From positions 682,001 through 746,000 of the forward strand of contig CBFFRQ010000031.1 in assembly GCA_965644315.1 (NCBI GenBank): a stretch of DNA of 64,000 bases, written 5' to 3'. The translations under genes were made by a program, and so were the position numbers. A model generated the notes under the pieces. It was not told the DNA's origin and made no database searches. It was given only the letters and a program-made list of their open reading frames with translations. Every line of letters begins with the position of its first letter. Positions within the stretch are counted from its first letter, which is position 1. This stretch comes from Caecitellus pseudoparvulus. Lineage: Eukaryota; Protista; Bigyra: Bicosoecida. Shown piece after piece: positions 52,459 to 64,000 of this stretch.

Positions 52459-55400
52459 TTACACTGGCTGAGCGGCGCCGCCAGCAACAGCGCGCAGCTG
52501 CTCCAGCACCGCATCCAGTTCGCTGCGCATGGCAACTATCTGCTCCTGCTTTGCAGACAGGGCCTTGGTTGCTTCCTGGCGCACCTGTGCCACCTGCTGC
52601 TCGGCCCGCACCCTGACAGCCGCTCCAGCTGACGTCAGCTCGGCCTCACGCGCAGCTGCACGGCGCTGCAGCTCATCCACTTCAGCCGCCAAGGCTTCCA
52701 GCTGCATCACAGTAGCGGAGCGTGGCTTGGACGCTTCGCGTGCCAGGCGGGCGTTCTGCTCCGTCAGTACCTTCAGCTGCCCCTGCAGCTCGGCAATGGC
52801 CTTGCCTCTCCCAGCGGCCTCCGCTGCCTCCCCCTCTGCCGCCTCGAGTCGAGCCTGCAGGGCGTCAATGATGGCCTTGCTGGGGGCCACAGCATCCACT
52901 GCAGCAGCATTCGCACGCTGCACTTGCTCCTGCAGCAGCGCCACTTGCTGCTGCAGTCCCCGGATGCGCATGTCGGCGGCCTCCAGCTCCTCAGCAGCGG
53001 GCTCAGGTGCAGTGGAGGGTTTGGCACTGCCACGTCCACGCACGGCTGCTTGACCTAAGCCCCGCCTGGCCATGACGCTGCCCCTGCGCTGGCTGCTGCG
53101 CGTGCGAGCCGCGCCGGCAGCGCGAGCGGGGCCTGGCCTGCCCCCTGCAGCCTGTGCCTCTTTCAGCTTCTTCTTGAAGAATGCGCGGCACTTGGCCTCC
53201 GCCTCCTCCGCCTTTTGCGCCTGTGCCTTCCAGTGCTTGGCTTGTGCCCTCAGCGCCTCCATCTCCTCGGTCTTCGACGGCCCAGCCCCGTCTGCAGGCG
53301 ATGCGCCAGCGCCCTCCACGTCCACCTCCCCGATGAGGCGCTCCAAATCCAGCCCGCCGCGCGCCTTTGAACCCGCCGGTCCAAGGCGCTTCGCCAGGCT
53401 GCGCAAGGCACCCTCCAGCCTTGCCTCGCGCTTCTTGTGCCCTGCAGAGACGCGTTCGTACTCTTGGCGCAGCGCGCGGAGGCTCCGGGCGCTGGCCTCC
53501 TCGGCTTGCTCCGCAGCTGCCCGGGCTTCCTCCAGCGCCGCCTCTGCATCGGCTGCACGCTTGGCAAGGGCTGAGTCTGGGCCAGCTGTCGCAGCATGCA
53601 CGAGGGCGGCAACGGAGTCGGGGCGGCGACTGGACAAGGCAGCCTCTGCATCCGCCAGCGCTCGCTCCAACTGGCGAATGCGCCGGGCAGCGGGCGCAGA
53701 CGCCCCCCCTGCAGTTGCTGCTGCCTTGCTACGGTCCAGAGCAGCCTCCAGAGTGGCAATGTGGCGCCGGGCCTCACCCAGCTGCTCAGCCTGCTCGCGC
53801 AGTCGAGCGGAGTCGCGGTCCAGCATGTCTTGGTTCTCCCGGTACCACGCCAGTTTCTTCGTCAAGTGCTTCACTTCCTCAGCATGCTCGTCCCGAACGC
53901 GCTGCAGTGTTGCGGCGGCTGCCTCGCTTGCAGCGGCGTCTGACGCTGCTGCGCCAGCCGTCAGCCGCTGCAGCTCAGCTTGCAACTGCCGCGTGTGGTG
54001 CCGCTCCCGCTCCAGCGCCACCCTCAGCCCTGCCGAGTCCTGCTCAGCGTCAGCCAGCTTCGCATGCAGGCTTGAGCGCTCTCGTTCCATGTCTTGGGCG
54101 GCAGACAGCTCCCGCCGCAAGGCGTCGTGCACCTCTACAGACCGCCGCAGCGCTGGCGGAGGTGCAGGCAGCGTGGCTTGCGCCGCTGCCTCGGGCGGCT
54201 TCAAGTCCTCCAGTGGGGTGTCATCAGGCACACCCAGGGCAGCAGACAAGGCTCGCACACGAGCCTGCAGCTGCTCCCTTTGCGCCAGCAGTTCTCCGCT
54301 CGCGGCATTGGCCCGTGCCTTGACTTGGGCAGCTTGCGCAACGACCGCGTCGTTCTGGCTCTGGAAGCCCTGAATGAGTCGCTCAGCACCCTGCAACTCG
54401 CCCATGAGCAAGCGGGCCACCTCCAAAGGCACCCATCCTATGACAGTGCCCTCCCCAGGACTCGCCGCATCAGACGCTTGGGCCAATTTGAAACGCCCAT
54501 CCGCCATTCCATCCGGCCTGATGTGCTCAGGGAGAGGCTGCCCTGGGAGGGGAATGTCTTCCAGCTTCTGCACCTTGGGCAGAGCCACGTGGCCTTCCCC
54601 AGTCGGAACTGCGCCCACCCCTGCCTCCAGCACGGCCTGCAGCAAGCGCTGGAAGCGGGCAGTCGCAGCAGACCACTGCCTTGCTGCCGCAGAAATGCCC
54701 GGCTCGTCTTCCCCCATGGCGGCACCCCCTGCAAAGCTCAGCATGCTCTCTGCGTCCCCCCTTGCTGCCAGCTCCCGTCGAAGCGCCTCTTGAGTATCCG
54801 CCAGCTCTGCACGGAAGTGCTGGGCGTCCCCCCGAGCCTCTTCCAGCTGGGCTTCAGCTGCTCGCAGTGCATGTCGAAGCCGCCGCGTCTCGGCCGCGTT
54901 TGCGCTAGCCTTCCCTGGGTCCTGGGTATGGCTGGGCACCATGCCGATGGCTTCCCGTCGCCCTCGCCGCTCGGCCGCCTGCTGGGCAGCGGATGCAGGC
55001 CGGCCGCTGCCGCCAACCCTCAAGTGCCCAGCAGGCGGCAGCGCCTTGTACGTGTGCACGGGCAGGGCGGGTGGGCGAACAGCCTGAAAAGTGCCCCACT
55101 CCCCCTGGCCTTGGCCGCCTGCTGGCTCTTGTGTGGCGTAGTACCTGGCCCGATACTGGTCACGAGTTGCCCAGCCCCCGCCGGTGCCCAACGGCCCTGA
55201 TGAAGTGGCAGCTCTGGAACGGATTGCAGCCTGCACAGCAGCCAAGCTGATGCCTGGGACCGACGCAGCTTGAAGGGATGCCACGAGAGCATCGGCGGCC
55301 ACGTCCAGAGGGTCTACGATTTCCCGTGCCTCTGGAATGCGTGCCGAGGTGCGGGAATCGGGCGACGATGACGTCACTGCGCTTCCTGCCACACTGCCGG

Positions 55401-57188
55401 CAAGGCTTTCAGTGGGAGGTGTTGACTCACCCCTCCCATCAGATGTTACGTGTGACTCCCCCCCTTCACGCTCCGCCTCAGGAGGGGAATGCGCGCTGGA
55501 CTGCAGCAACTCCGTCGGCTCTGGGGAAGAACCAGCCTCACCTGGCGTGCCATCCCCATCCAGAGGATGCGATGCAGCAGCACCGGGCTGCGTGTCTGCC
55601 TGATCGGATGCGCCTGCTGAAGTGTGAGGCGGCGATGCCGCGACTGGGGGTGGTGCAGGCGCCTCAGTCGTCGAGTCGGGGGAGCTTGCCCCCTCAAACT
55701 CCTCCTCCGAGTACCCCCCACCCTCGCTTCCACTCCCATCGCCTTCTGACCCCTGCCCACTGCCCACGTCGGAAGAGCCCGCCCTCTGCCCAGCAGAAGC
55801 TGCCGACTTTGGAGAGGCTTGGGCACTGTCAACGCCTGGAAAGCCAAAGGCAGGCACGACTCCCGACGGAGTTTCTTCGCTGGGGTCCAGCTGTGTTGCC
55901 TTGGGGGGTGCTTCAGGGAGTGGCGACACGACCACGGGGGCAGCGAATGCCTGTGCGGCGGCAGCGAAGGAAAAGTGTTCCGAGTCGGGCGCAGCCGATG
56001 CCATCGGGCTGCTCCGCGCCTTCGACGCCCCTCCCAGCGCCGAGGGCTCCGGCTCTGACCAGGACTGTCCCGAGCCTGGGCGTCCACCTCGCTCGCTGGG
56101 CTGCTCCGTTTCAGGCGGCGTGTCGCTTCCCGTTCGTGGGGTGCCAGGGTTGCCCCAGAACACTGCCCCAGAGTGCGCGACGCCGGCAGCCGCCGCGTTT
56201 GCGCGGGCTTCCCCGGAATCTGAGCCGCTGCCTTCCGCCACAGCCGGCATGCTGCCCTTCCCCCCCTGCAAGCCGTAGCTGCGTGAGCGGCCGGACCGAG
56301 ACGCCACCCCGCGCACGCCATGCGGTGAGGGTTCGCCCAGCGAAATGTCAAGAGATGAGTCGGAAATGGAAATGTCTGCAGTGCTGGGCGCCCGAATGCC
56401 AGAGTAGCGCCCTGGGGGGGACTGGCTCCCTCGCGGCGATGTGCTGCGGTTGCGAGCGAGGCCCCCCGCCCGCTGCCCGTGCCTGCGGCCACCCTGCACC
56501 ACCCTCACGTCGGCATCCGTCACACTCAGGCTGTCTTCAATGTCGAGGCTGTCTTCCGAGGACATGCTGCCCCCTCCAAAGCTGCCCAGGCGCGGGTGGC
56601 CTCCACCAGCACCCGCTGCTGCGCTGAGCGACCGTGTCTGTCGTTGCCGCACGCCGCCGCCTCCGACTGCTGGGGTGGTTGAAGGCACAGCAGCAGGTGC
56701 AGGGGCGTGCTCTTGCATCGCTCGTTCCCGCTCGGCGTTCATCTGCTCCAGCCGGGCTTGCACCAGCTCTTCCACGCTTTTCTTCGAAGCTCCCGGCTGC
56801 GCCGTCCCCTTGAACGCGCTGGAAGCCTTGCGCGCCGCCACTGCCTTTCCAAAGGCCTCCATTGCGCTCTGTAGGGATTCAACGAACGAATGCGTGGGAG
56901 CACTTTTGGGGAGGCAGTCGGCTCCCCCACGCACTGGTTTCTTTGGCTTCGACTTGCTACGCGCCCGTGGCTGTCGGGCTGGAGGGGAAGCCTGTGAGGA
57001 AAGAGGCGACGTGCAGCACTAATGGAGCGAGCTCCGGCTGATGTGGGACTCACATCGCCACCTTCCAGTGAGAAGTCGTACGGGTCACTGCGCACAGTCG
57101 CGATGGGCACGGTGCGTCGGACGTGCAGGCCACCGCAAGTGGGCTGGAAGCGGGGGACAACATACCTCGATTGCCCAGCGGTATACAT
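52459..57188 (-). CDS. CEP162: CEP162-like centriolar coiled-coil protein
   Basis: ERLIQGFQSQN, KKLAWYRENQDMLDRD, RRIRQLER...RRPDSVAALVHAA, SLRALRQEY, MRSELDAVL. 5' exons (MYTAGQS|SDPYDFS...) and start are tentative. Confidence 0.75.
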
Positions 57189-57721
57189 CGAGCCTGTGGA
57201 TGACCAGGGGTGCAAATGGTGTGGTGGCTGTGATGTAGCAAGTACGTCGCGCTGGGTCCTCACCTCCTTGAGCTGCGTGCTGCGCGAAAGCGAGGGAGGA
57301 GGGTGAAACGCCATCTGAAACGGCAGCTTTTGCAAGCAAGGCAGAAGCTCGCACTCACTCCGCCTCGGTACGCCATCTCGCAAATGAATGCAAAATATAG
57401 CGCCTGTCTCGTGTTCCTGATGAAACAGTAGGGGGAAGTAGCGGCGCCCCCGAACACGTTCCAACGGCAGCCTGGCTCCTGTGTCTTTACAACAAGCTGA
57501 CTCTGGGGAGATGGCGGTGCTGAACGTTGCACCAGCGACTCGATCTTTGCACAGCAAGATTTTATGGCAAGGGTGCAATCTGTCCGGCTGGTTGTCAGAG
57601 ACCATCACTTGCATTTAGCCAGCCCTCGGCGAGTGGGCTCAGCTCCAAGCCATGGCCAGCAAGCCTCTAGATGAGCCTGGAGGCACATGCCAAGCAAGAA
57701 TCACCTCGCTCACAAAGCCCT

Positions 57722-59604
57722 TCACTTCCTCGGAAGCAAAGCAGCCTTTTCCATGGACATCGAGCTGCGCGGTGGGTCTTTCCCCCGCAGTAGTGCTTGC
57801 ATGGCCGGGATCCACAGTTCGCTGAGCTCTGCCTGAGCACGTGCGTCGTCGGCTTCGTCCCAGGAAGAGGCCGTCTCCCACCACCTCTTCGCCTGGGAGG
57901 CAGCTGGAATGGCATCGTGGGAGTCCCAAGGTTTGTCCCCTGCAAAAATGCAGGCGTCGCTCATCTGCTTGTCCTCCGCCTGCAGGGGGGACTGCCCAGA
58001 GCGAATGTTGCACTGAAAGTTCGGCGTCAGGGACACGATGTAGTGGTGCCACATGCTTGGCAGGTAAAGCACTTCCCCAGGCCGCAGGACCGTCTCCACG
58101 CCTCGAGCTGCAGCGACATGTGCAGTGTAGCGACTGTCAAAGAGGGTGGTAGGGTCAGCCACGTCCAGCGCCCAGTGCCGCCGGGCCGGGCCGCGGTCCA
58201 TTGTGTGCACCAACGCACATTCCGAAGGGGGCAGCAAGATGTACCGCTTAGCTCCGTGCAAGAGCATGATGTTGTTCCTGTGGCCGTCTTCATGGCCCTC
58301 TGCGATGACGCCAGGCTGCCCGACACGGCACTGAGGTCCCTTGCGCATGCTGCGGTCGACGATCATGAAGTTGCCATTCCGGCCAAACACCGGGTCCAGC
58401 TCATCAACAATGGGAAAGAGCCCCATATCTGCACCTCTTACCGAGGACTTGCGGCGCAACTCCATGTGGACAGACAGATATCTGTGGGGGTAGCTCTGGG
58501 ATGCTGCGACACTTGCCGGCGGCACGGGCCACCAACCCCAGGGGCTTCTCAGGCTGGCCAAGTCCTCCCGCCGCCCCGTCAAGTGCACAGGTTTGGCATC
58601 GGGTGTCCCTGTGCCCACGCCTTTCTTTTGTGCTGCCATGAGGTGCGCAGCGGCTGCGGCTGCGTAGGAAGCCTCCAAAGGTCCGAGGTTGCCAGCGTGA
58701 CGCAGCAGCTCATGGAAACTGGCGCCCGCGCCTGCCGCTGCCGACAGCAGGGAAGCAGCCTTGTCAATGCGGGCAGAAACTTCTTTTACTTCTTCGGCCC
58801 AGTCTTCAAAAGTGCCCGTGGAAGGGGTGGGCGGAGGCCACGAAAACTTGTACCCTCGACGCCGGGCTGAGTGTTCCGTCTGGACAGACGTCAGCGGCTT
58901 CTCACGAGGAACGTGAGCCTGCCTCAGGGCATCCGTCCAGTTCAAGTGCTGCGCAGCCGCTTGCCAGTCTGCCAGCTGCTCAACCGACGCTCCATCCTTG
59001 CGCTCCTCCTTGAACCACATAAAGTGATTGTGCGGTGCCGACGTCAGCTTCACAGAATGCGACACCCGAGAGTACCGCTCGACGAAGGAATCCCATGACT
59101 TGTACATGTCGAAAACCTTATCCAGTGCCTTGTGGCCAACAGCCTGGGAGGGAGCGCGAGAGTTTGGGTCAGCGACGCAGCTCCACAGCGCGACGATCGC
59201 GCAGCCCTGCTCTGCTCACCTTGAACGGCACCTCGCACCGCTGCAGCTCGGCGAGGCGGGCTCTGCCTTCCTCGGTCGACACGTCCACACGCTCCAAGGA
59301 GTCAAATGCGCGCCCTCCGTCGGGGGGGAGCTCTGTGATGCTCGGATTCCAATAGGTAAGCATGCGCTGAACGAGCAGGAGCAGCGAGCGTGGTGAGCGA
59401 AACGCCACCCTGCCGAGCACAGGCTGCATCGCGCACCAGGAGGGAGTACATGCGCGGGAAGTTCTCCTTGGAGCACTGCCGAATGTCAGTCGGGCTAGCC
59501 TCCTTGAAGGCACTGCCTCTGCCCTGTGCCGAGCCCACCAGTGTGGCAATCAGTGCCCAGCACAGCACAGCCAGCACTGGTGCTGGCCATCTGCCTTGCC
59601 TCAT
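57722..59604 (-). CDS. JmjC/cupin-like 2OG oxygenase with signal peptide or anchor
   Basis: Hydrophobic leader; AEGHEDGHRN (HxD), GAKRYILLPP, LRPGEVLYLPSMWHHYIVSL. Two inferred introns. Confidence 0.85.
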
Positions 59605-59725
59605 GCCAGCTCCCCGGCTCGCACAGCTCGAAACGTACCACAATTGCGGGGCAATGACAAGGGTCCATTGAACATGCACACGTGGTTCTTCACTCCCTTT
59701 GCATTGTGGGCCCGCGTGACTTTCC

Positions 59726-60817
59726 TCACGCGCTGGCGCCAGGCACCAAGACGATCTTGCCCTTCACGTGGTGCGCCTTGCTCAGGTCCAGGGCCTTGCC
59801 GGCCTCAGTGAGGGGCAGCTCAGTCAAGTCACCCACGGTGACCTTGCCTTCATCCATGAGCCCCGCAATGGTGGTGAGCTGCTCAGCGGACGGCTTCACG
59901 AGGAAGGCGATGCCGGTCTTGTTGCCGCCGGCCTCAGCTGCGTCCTTGGCCACGGTGAAGTTGGCGATGGAGACGATGATGCCGCCGTCCTTCACCACCT
60001 CCAGACCCTCCAGGCCACTCGCACCACCCACGGCATCGTACACCAAATCCACGTCCTTGCCGCCTGCCGCTGCCTTGATGGCTGCCGGCACGCCGCCAGC
60101 CGTGTAGTCCACAACGGCGTCCGCGCCCAGCCCCTTGACAAAGTCGACGTTCTTGCCAGAGCACGTGCCAATGACAGTGGCCCCTGCATGCTTAGCAAAT
60201 TGCACCGCGAAGGAACCCACGCCACCAGACGCGTTCAGCACGACGACGGTCTGCCCCGCCTTCAGGGCGCCGTGGTCGAAGAGGCCCTGCCACGCCGTGA
60301 GGCCGGCGAGGGGCACTGAGCCAGCCTGGGCGAGGGTGGACTTGGAAGGCTTCTTCGCAACCTTGGCCGCCGCCACAGCGACGTACTCGGCATACGTGCC
60401 GTTGTCCCCGATCTTGGCATCAGCTGGTGCGCCCTCCTCACCAGGCTGCAGAGGGCGAGTGTATGCAAACACTTCGTCACCCTCTGCCAGCCCCTCCACG
60501 CCGGAGCCGACAGCAGTCACCACGCCAGCCACATCCCAGCCAGGGATGATGGGGAGGCTCTGGGGCCATGCCTTGATGTACCCTTCACGCAGCTTCCAGT
60601 CCACGGGGTTCACACCTGCTGCCGCTACCTTGATCAAGACCTGCGTGGACGGCGTGGTGGCCACAGTGTGCAGCAACCCGCACCGAATTCGCAGACCACA
60701 GGGACGTACCTCATCCGCCGCAGGAGTCGGGATGGGAATCTGCACAGTCTCCAAGACACTGCTGTCGCCATACGCATTGTACAGGACAGCCTGCATGGTG
60801 GTGCCTTCGGCGGCCAT
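59726..60817 (-). CDS. NADPH-dependent MDR oxidoreductase (zinc-independent, quinone reductase-like)
   Basis: AGVNPVDWK, IPGWDVAGVV, PLAGLTAWQGL, ASGGVGSFAVQFAK, GKIVL. In-frame intron 60641-60709. Confidence 0.93.
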   Translation of the reverse strand: MAAEGTTMQAVLYNAYGDSSVLETVQIPIPTPAADEVRPCGLRIRCGLLHTVATTPSTQVLIKVAAAGVNPVDWKLREGYIKAWPQSLPIIPGWDVAGVVTAVGSGVEGLAEGDEVFAYTRPLQPGEEGAPADAKIGDNGTYAEYVAVAAAKVAKKPSKSTLAQAGSVPLAGLTAWQGLFDHGALKAGQTVVVLNASGGVGSFAVQFAKHAGATVIGTCSGKNVDFVKGLGADAVVDYTAGGVPAAIKAAAGGKDVDLVYDAVGGASGLEGLEVVKDGGIIVSIANFTVAKDAAEAGGNKTGIAFLVKPSAEQLTTIAGLMDEGKVTVGDLTELPLTEAGKALDLSKAHHVKGKIVLVPGASA

Positions 60818-61582
60818 CTGTACTAGGTGCACGGCGGGACTGTGACGTGGCACGAATTCCGCGCGGGGCTGAACCCGCTTCAAGCCGTGCAAGACAGGCA
60901 GGCCAGCCACTGAGCTGAAACTGGCTGGGGCACGTACGTTTTATTGGGAGGAGTTGTGGTACAAAAGCCTGACGGGCTGCGGGGGGAGCGCGTGTGGAAG
61001 CGATGCAAGGGAGGTCCATGGAAGGACGCGGGTAGAATGCCCGACTGTGTGCCTTTTTGCATGCAGGCATGTGCACAGGTGCACGTTGCGAGAAGGGAGC
61101 ACAGCACGTACCTAAATACTGCAGCTACTGGGCTCGAGATGGAAGAGGCTAGACTGAGATGGAATGTGCTGCATCTTGCACACTGCCCCGGGAACCGACT
61201 CCAACCAGCGAAGCACGCTCTCACACCCCCCCTCAAATTCCTCCGAGCCCTGCCACATTCCACATGCTGCGAACCTACCCATGGACAATCCCGTACAATC
61301 TCTCTATGCTTTTGTGCCGTTTCTTACCTTCGCCTGCGGGTGACCCGCCTCGGACCGTGCTCGCTGCAGTTTAGAGTCTTGTGCTGCAGGAGATTTGTCA
61401 ATTTCCGCAAGTCACACGTTGCCAGCGCAGTGATTGGCGAGTCTACCGCCATAGGCCTCGATCACACCGCCAAATTGGCATTTCAGCACTCAAAACAAAC
61501 AGTGAGTGCGGCCTTGTGGCGCGGCGTGGCGATGCTCGCAGGCACTTGTCTGTACTTTGGATACTTTGCGTTGACTCCAGGC

Positions 61583-63304
61583 ATGGCGGCCGCGGCTGGT
61601 GGAGTCAACGCCCTCTCGAATTTTGAGGAACTTTGCGCTGCAGGACAACCCTTGCCAACCCAACAACGCGAAACCAAGGAAGACTCTCAGTTCGAACCAA
61701 AGCGGCGGCCCCGTCCACACGCCGATGGATTGCACGGAAAGCCCGTCAGACGCCGAAGGACACAGCCCAAGGAGGACGAGGCATGGTTGGCAGGCATGGC
61801 AGCCGACACCACCTACCCTTTCGTGCCCATCGACCACCTCATGCCGGCCCTCGAAACACTGACGGGTATGGAGCGGAGTCTGCACAGTCAGCCTGCAGAG
61901 CCAGAGGCCTACCTTATAACAGGTCCCAGGGGCGCTGGGAAGACCCACTTGCTGAAGGCATTTGCCAGACAGGTGGCTGTGAGGAACGCCAGAGTGGGAG
62001 GTGACAGGTTCACACTGTGCTGCAGCATCAATCTTGCGGCGCGTGAGCCATATGACACAGAGAGTTTCTGTGAATGGTTGCTCGGGTCGATCGCGAGAAA
62101 GCTCTCAAAGTTGGAAGAGTATGAGCCTGTCACGAAGGTGCTGGGGCTGCTGGCCAGCTCTGCACATGAAACGGTAAATGTGCAGCATCTTCTGGTCACG
62201 GTGTCCGCAGAGGGCGGCGCCGGCAGTGCAGCCTCCACCGAGCTGTCGCGTCGGATATGCGCAACTCTGACTGGTGCTGACACGACGGATCGCTTGGACC
62301 TGGCCACCGCCGTACTGAGAGAAGCCAACATCGCCGTCATTGTGTTCATTGACGAAGCCGACTGTCTGTTCCAGGGCAGGCATTTCACACAGGAATGTGC
62401 AGGCCTGTGGTGCTCGCAGCTGAGGCGGCTGCTGTCGTTGAAGTACCCTGCTGTTGGCGTGGTCTTGTGCACAGCCTTCCAGCGGGCCAGCCAACTGTTC
62501 GTTTACGATGGAGATCCTCATGACTTCCCGCCCCGCTTCACACATCATGCGCTGCGAAAGGACTGGAATGAGGCCTTGATCGAGCACGTTCCTCTGGGGG
62601 GGCCTGCCTGGAGCCGCACATCCCTCATGGCCTTCCTCCTTACATACATGTGCAGGATAATGGACCGCTCATTCTCCCTCTTCCAGCGCCACCTTGACCA
62701 GCAGCCGTCAGAGGATGCGCTTTGGGTGGCGAGGGATCTCGATGCGTTGTGCCTGCAGGGCTGGAAGGGGGATGCTGATGCAAGCCCTGAACAGAAGCTG
62801 GACGCTTTCCTGGTGCACATCATGGAGCAGTATGGTCACACCCCCCAAGACCTCGCCCGCTCGGCGCGCAAGCTTCTTCGCGCATGCTGGTCGCCATGGG
62901 CATGGCCAGTTTCATTTCTGGGGAGTTGGGAGGCAGTTGCCGGTCCGTATCCCCTCATGCACAAACTGGTAATGGGCACCTTCCTGAGTACCGTGTCACC
63001 TGACCAGCAAGGGCGGTTGGCAAAGGACACAATGCTCACCTTCCACTCCGGGCAGCATACGCTGCCAAGAGAACTGCTGGAGCAGTTCTTGGCCGTGAAC
63101 ATCGCCTGCCACACACCACAGCTTGCATACGCACGTGATGACAGCATCCTTCATCAGGCTCCTGCGCTCACTGCAGTTGAGTGCGTGGACGATGCCATGG
63201 ATGATGGGCTGCTCACACTCCACGACAGTGGTCTGGGCCTTCGCAGCCTGCGAGTGTACCGCTGCTACACGAGTGACTTATTGCACCCTGTTATTGTGAT
63301 GTGA
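61583..63304 (+). CDS. Orphan P-loop NTPase (AAA+/STAND-like)
   Basis: Walker A LITGPRGAGKT, Walker B IVFIDEAD, sensor-like strand VVLCT. Start uncertain because the ORF is open from 60944. Confidence 0.7.
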   Translation: MAAAAGGVNALSNFEELCAAGQPLPTQQRETKEDSQFEPKRRPRPHADGLHGKPVRRRRTQPKEDEAWLAGMAADTTYPFVPIDHLMPALETLTGMERSLHSQPAEPEAYLITGPRGAGKTHLLKAFARQVAVRNARVGGDRFTLCCSINLAAREPYDTESFCEWLLGSIARKLSKLEEYEPVTKVLGLLASSAHETVNVQHLLVTVSAEGGAGSAASTELSRRICATLTGADTTDRLDLATAVLREANIAVIVFIDEADCLFQGRHFTQECAGLWCSQLRRLLSLKYPAVGVVLCTAFQRASQLFVYDGDPHDFPPRFTHHALRKDWNEALIEHVPLGGPAWSRTSLMAFLLTYMCRIMDRSFSLFQRHLDQQPSEDALWVARDLDALCLQGWKGDADASPEQKLDAFLVHIMEQYGHTPQDLARSARKLLRACWSPWAWPVSFLGSWEAVAGPYPLMHKLVMGTFLSTVSPDQQGRLAKDTMLTFHSGQHTLPRELLEQFLAVNIACHTPQLAYARDDSILHQAPALTAVECVDDAMDDGLLTLHDSGLGLRSLRVYRCYTSDLLHPVIVM

Positions 63305-63584
63305 TTGCAATCGACAGGAAGCAAGGCTGAGTTGCCCATGGCCAGTGTCTTTGCCGAGATCCAGAGACACGAGGCAACGCAGCAGCTCTAGCAGATTGCG
63401 CACTCTGATCGACATAAAATGCGCAGCCCGCCCCAATTCGTAGGCGGTGTGGGAAGGCGTACAGGAAGAATGCACTTCTGAGCTCTCTCGCGGATGGTTG
63501 AAGCCTTTCGTTCACAAAACAAAACCCCCCTCTTCAGCACAACCTTCCTCTGGATTTGGCTTGAGGTGTTTGTGATTGGTCGCC

Positions 63585-63992
63585 ATGGAGGCGGCTCTTA
63601 TGGCCAGCCTGGGCCGCACGACAGCTGCTGTCTTGCCCTTGCCAGCAGCCGTGTCTGGTGGAAAGAGTGCGCCACTGAAGCTGGATGCGGGACAAGCACG
63701 GCACACCTTTCACGACGACCCAGTGTGGGAGTTTATTGAGGAGATCTTTGGGGAAGTCCCCACTTTCTTGCCTGTCACTGAGGTCTTGATTTTCACCCAC
63801 CCGCTCTTGACCAATGAGTGAGTGCCACGTCGCTGCGACGGCAGTGGCGCTTCCCATTGTCTGCAGCTCAACACGCACCCTCTGCTTCACCGAACTTGCT
63901 TGGGACGAACCCTGCCTATTTTTGCGTGTAGGTTTACTCTGCAAGACTTGTACTCCATCATTTTGTCGGCAGCAGCAAGCGCAGATGAGTAG
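63585..63992 (+). CDS. Possible small two-exon hypothetical protein
   Basis: GCCATGG start, GTGAGT donor at about 63818, acceptor TTTTTGCGTGTAG ending 63930, giving ...LTNE|FTLQDLYSIILSAAASADE*. No family recognised. Confidence 0.35.
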
Positions 63993-64000
63993 CGCCTTTG

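Noticed and set aside
60944-61582. 213-aa N-terminal extension of the NTPase ORF
   Set aside because: Starts at a non-ATG codon and reads like translated promoter/UTR; ATG 61583 (or 61532) is more plausible.
1-64000. Prokaryotic operon, CRISPR array, rRNA/tRNA genes, transposons or a non-standard genetic code
   Set aside because: Spliceosomal introns and eukaryote-specific genes occur throughout. I saw no repeat-spacer arrays, RNA gene signatures or transposase/RT motifs. All three stop codons terminate genes.

Overview
Gene-dense, GC-rich (roughly 60-65% by eye) eukaryotic nuclear DNA using the standard genetic code, with short GT-AG introns (mostly 60-130 nt). It holds about 29 protein-coding genes. 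Four ciliary/centriolar genes (IFT70, TBC1D31, TMEM237-like, CEP162-like) point to a flagellated protist; a heterotrophic stramenopile is my guess and is not established. I saw no rRNA, tRNA, CRISPR array or transposon. Most genes are housekeeping: DES1, Elongin C, CDK9-like, NDUFA13, P5A-ATPase, GPC1, a DHHC-family PAT, TXNDC9, RTRAF, MscS-like channel, SNAPC3, nucleoside hydrolase, TFB5. Main oddities: (1) a squalene epoxidase whose N-terminus carries a two-helix segment resembling the plant HMG-CoA reductase membrane anchor, head-to-head with a sphingolipid desaturase; (2) a 2,623-aa intronless cullin + Ariadne-RBR + Tudor fusion with a CUL9/PARC-like layout; (3) a VP39-type cap 2'-O-methyltransferase; (4) a hybrid histidine-kinase-like receptor lacking its phosphorelay residues; (5) a recurring AATGCA hexamer after stop codons, a candidate 3'-end signal. 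All family assignments are by eye from recalled motifs. No searches were run, and exon structures are inferred from splice consensus and reading frame.
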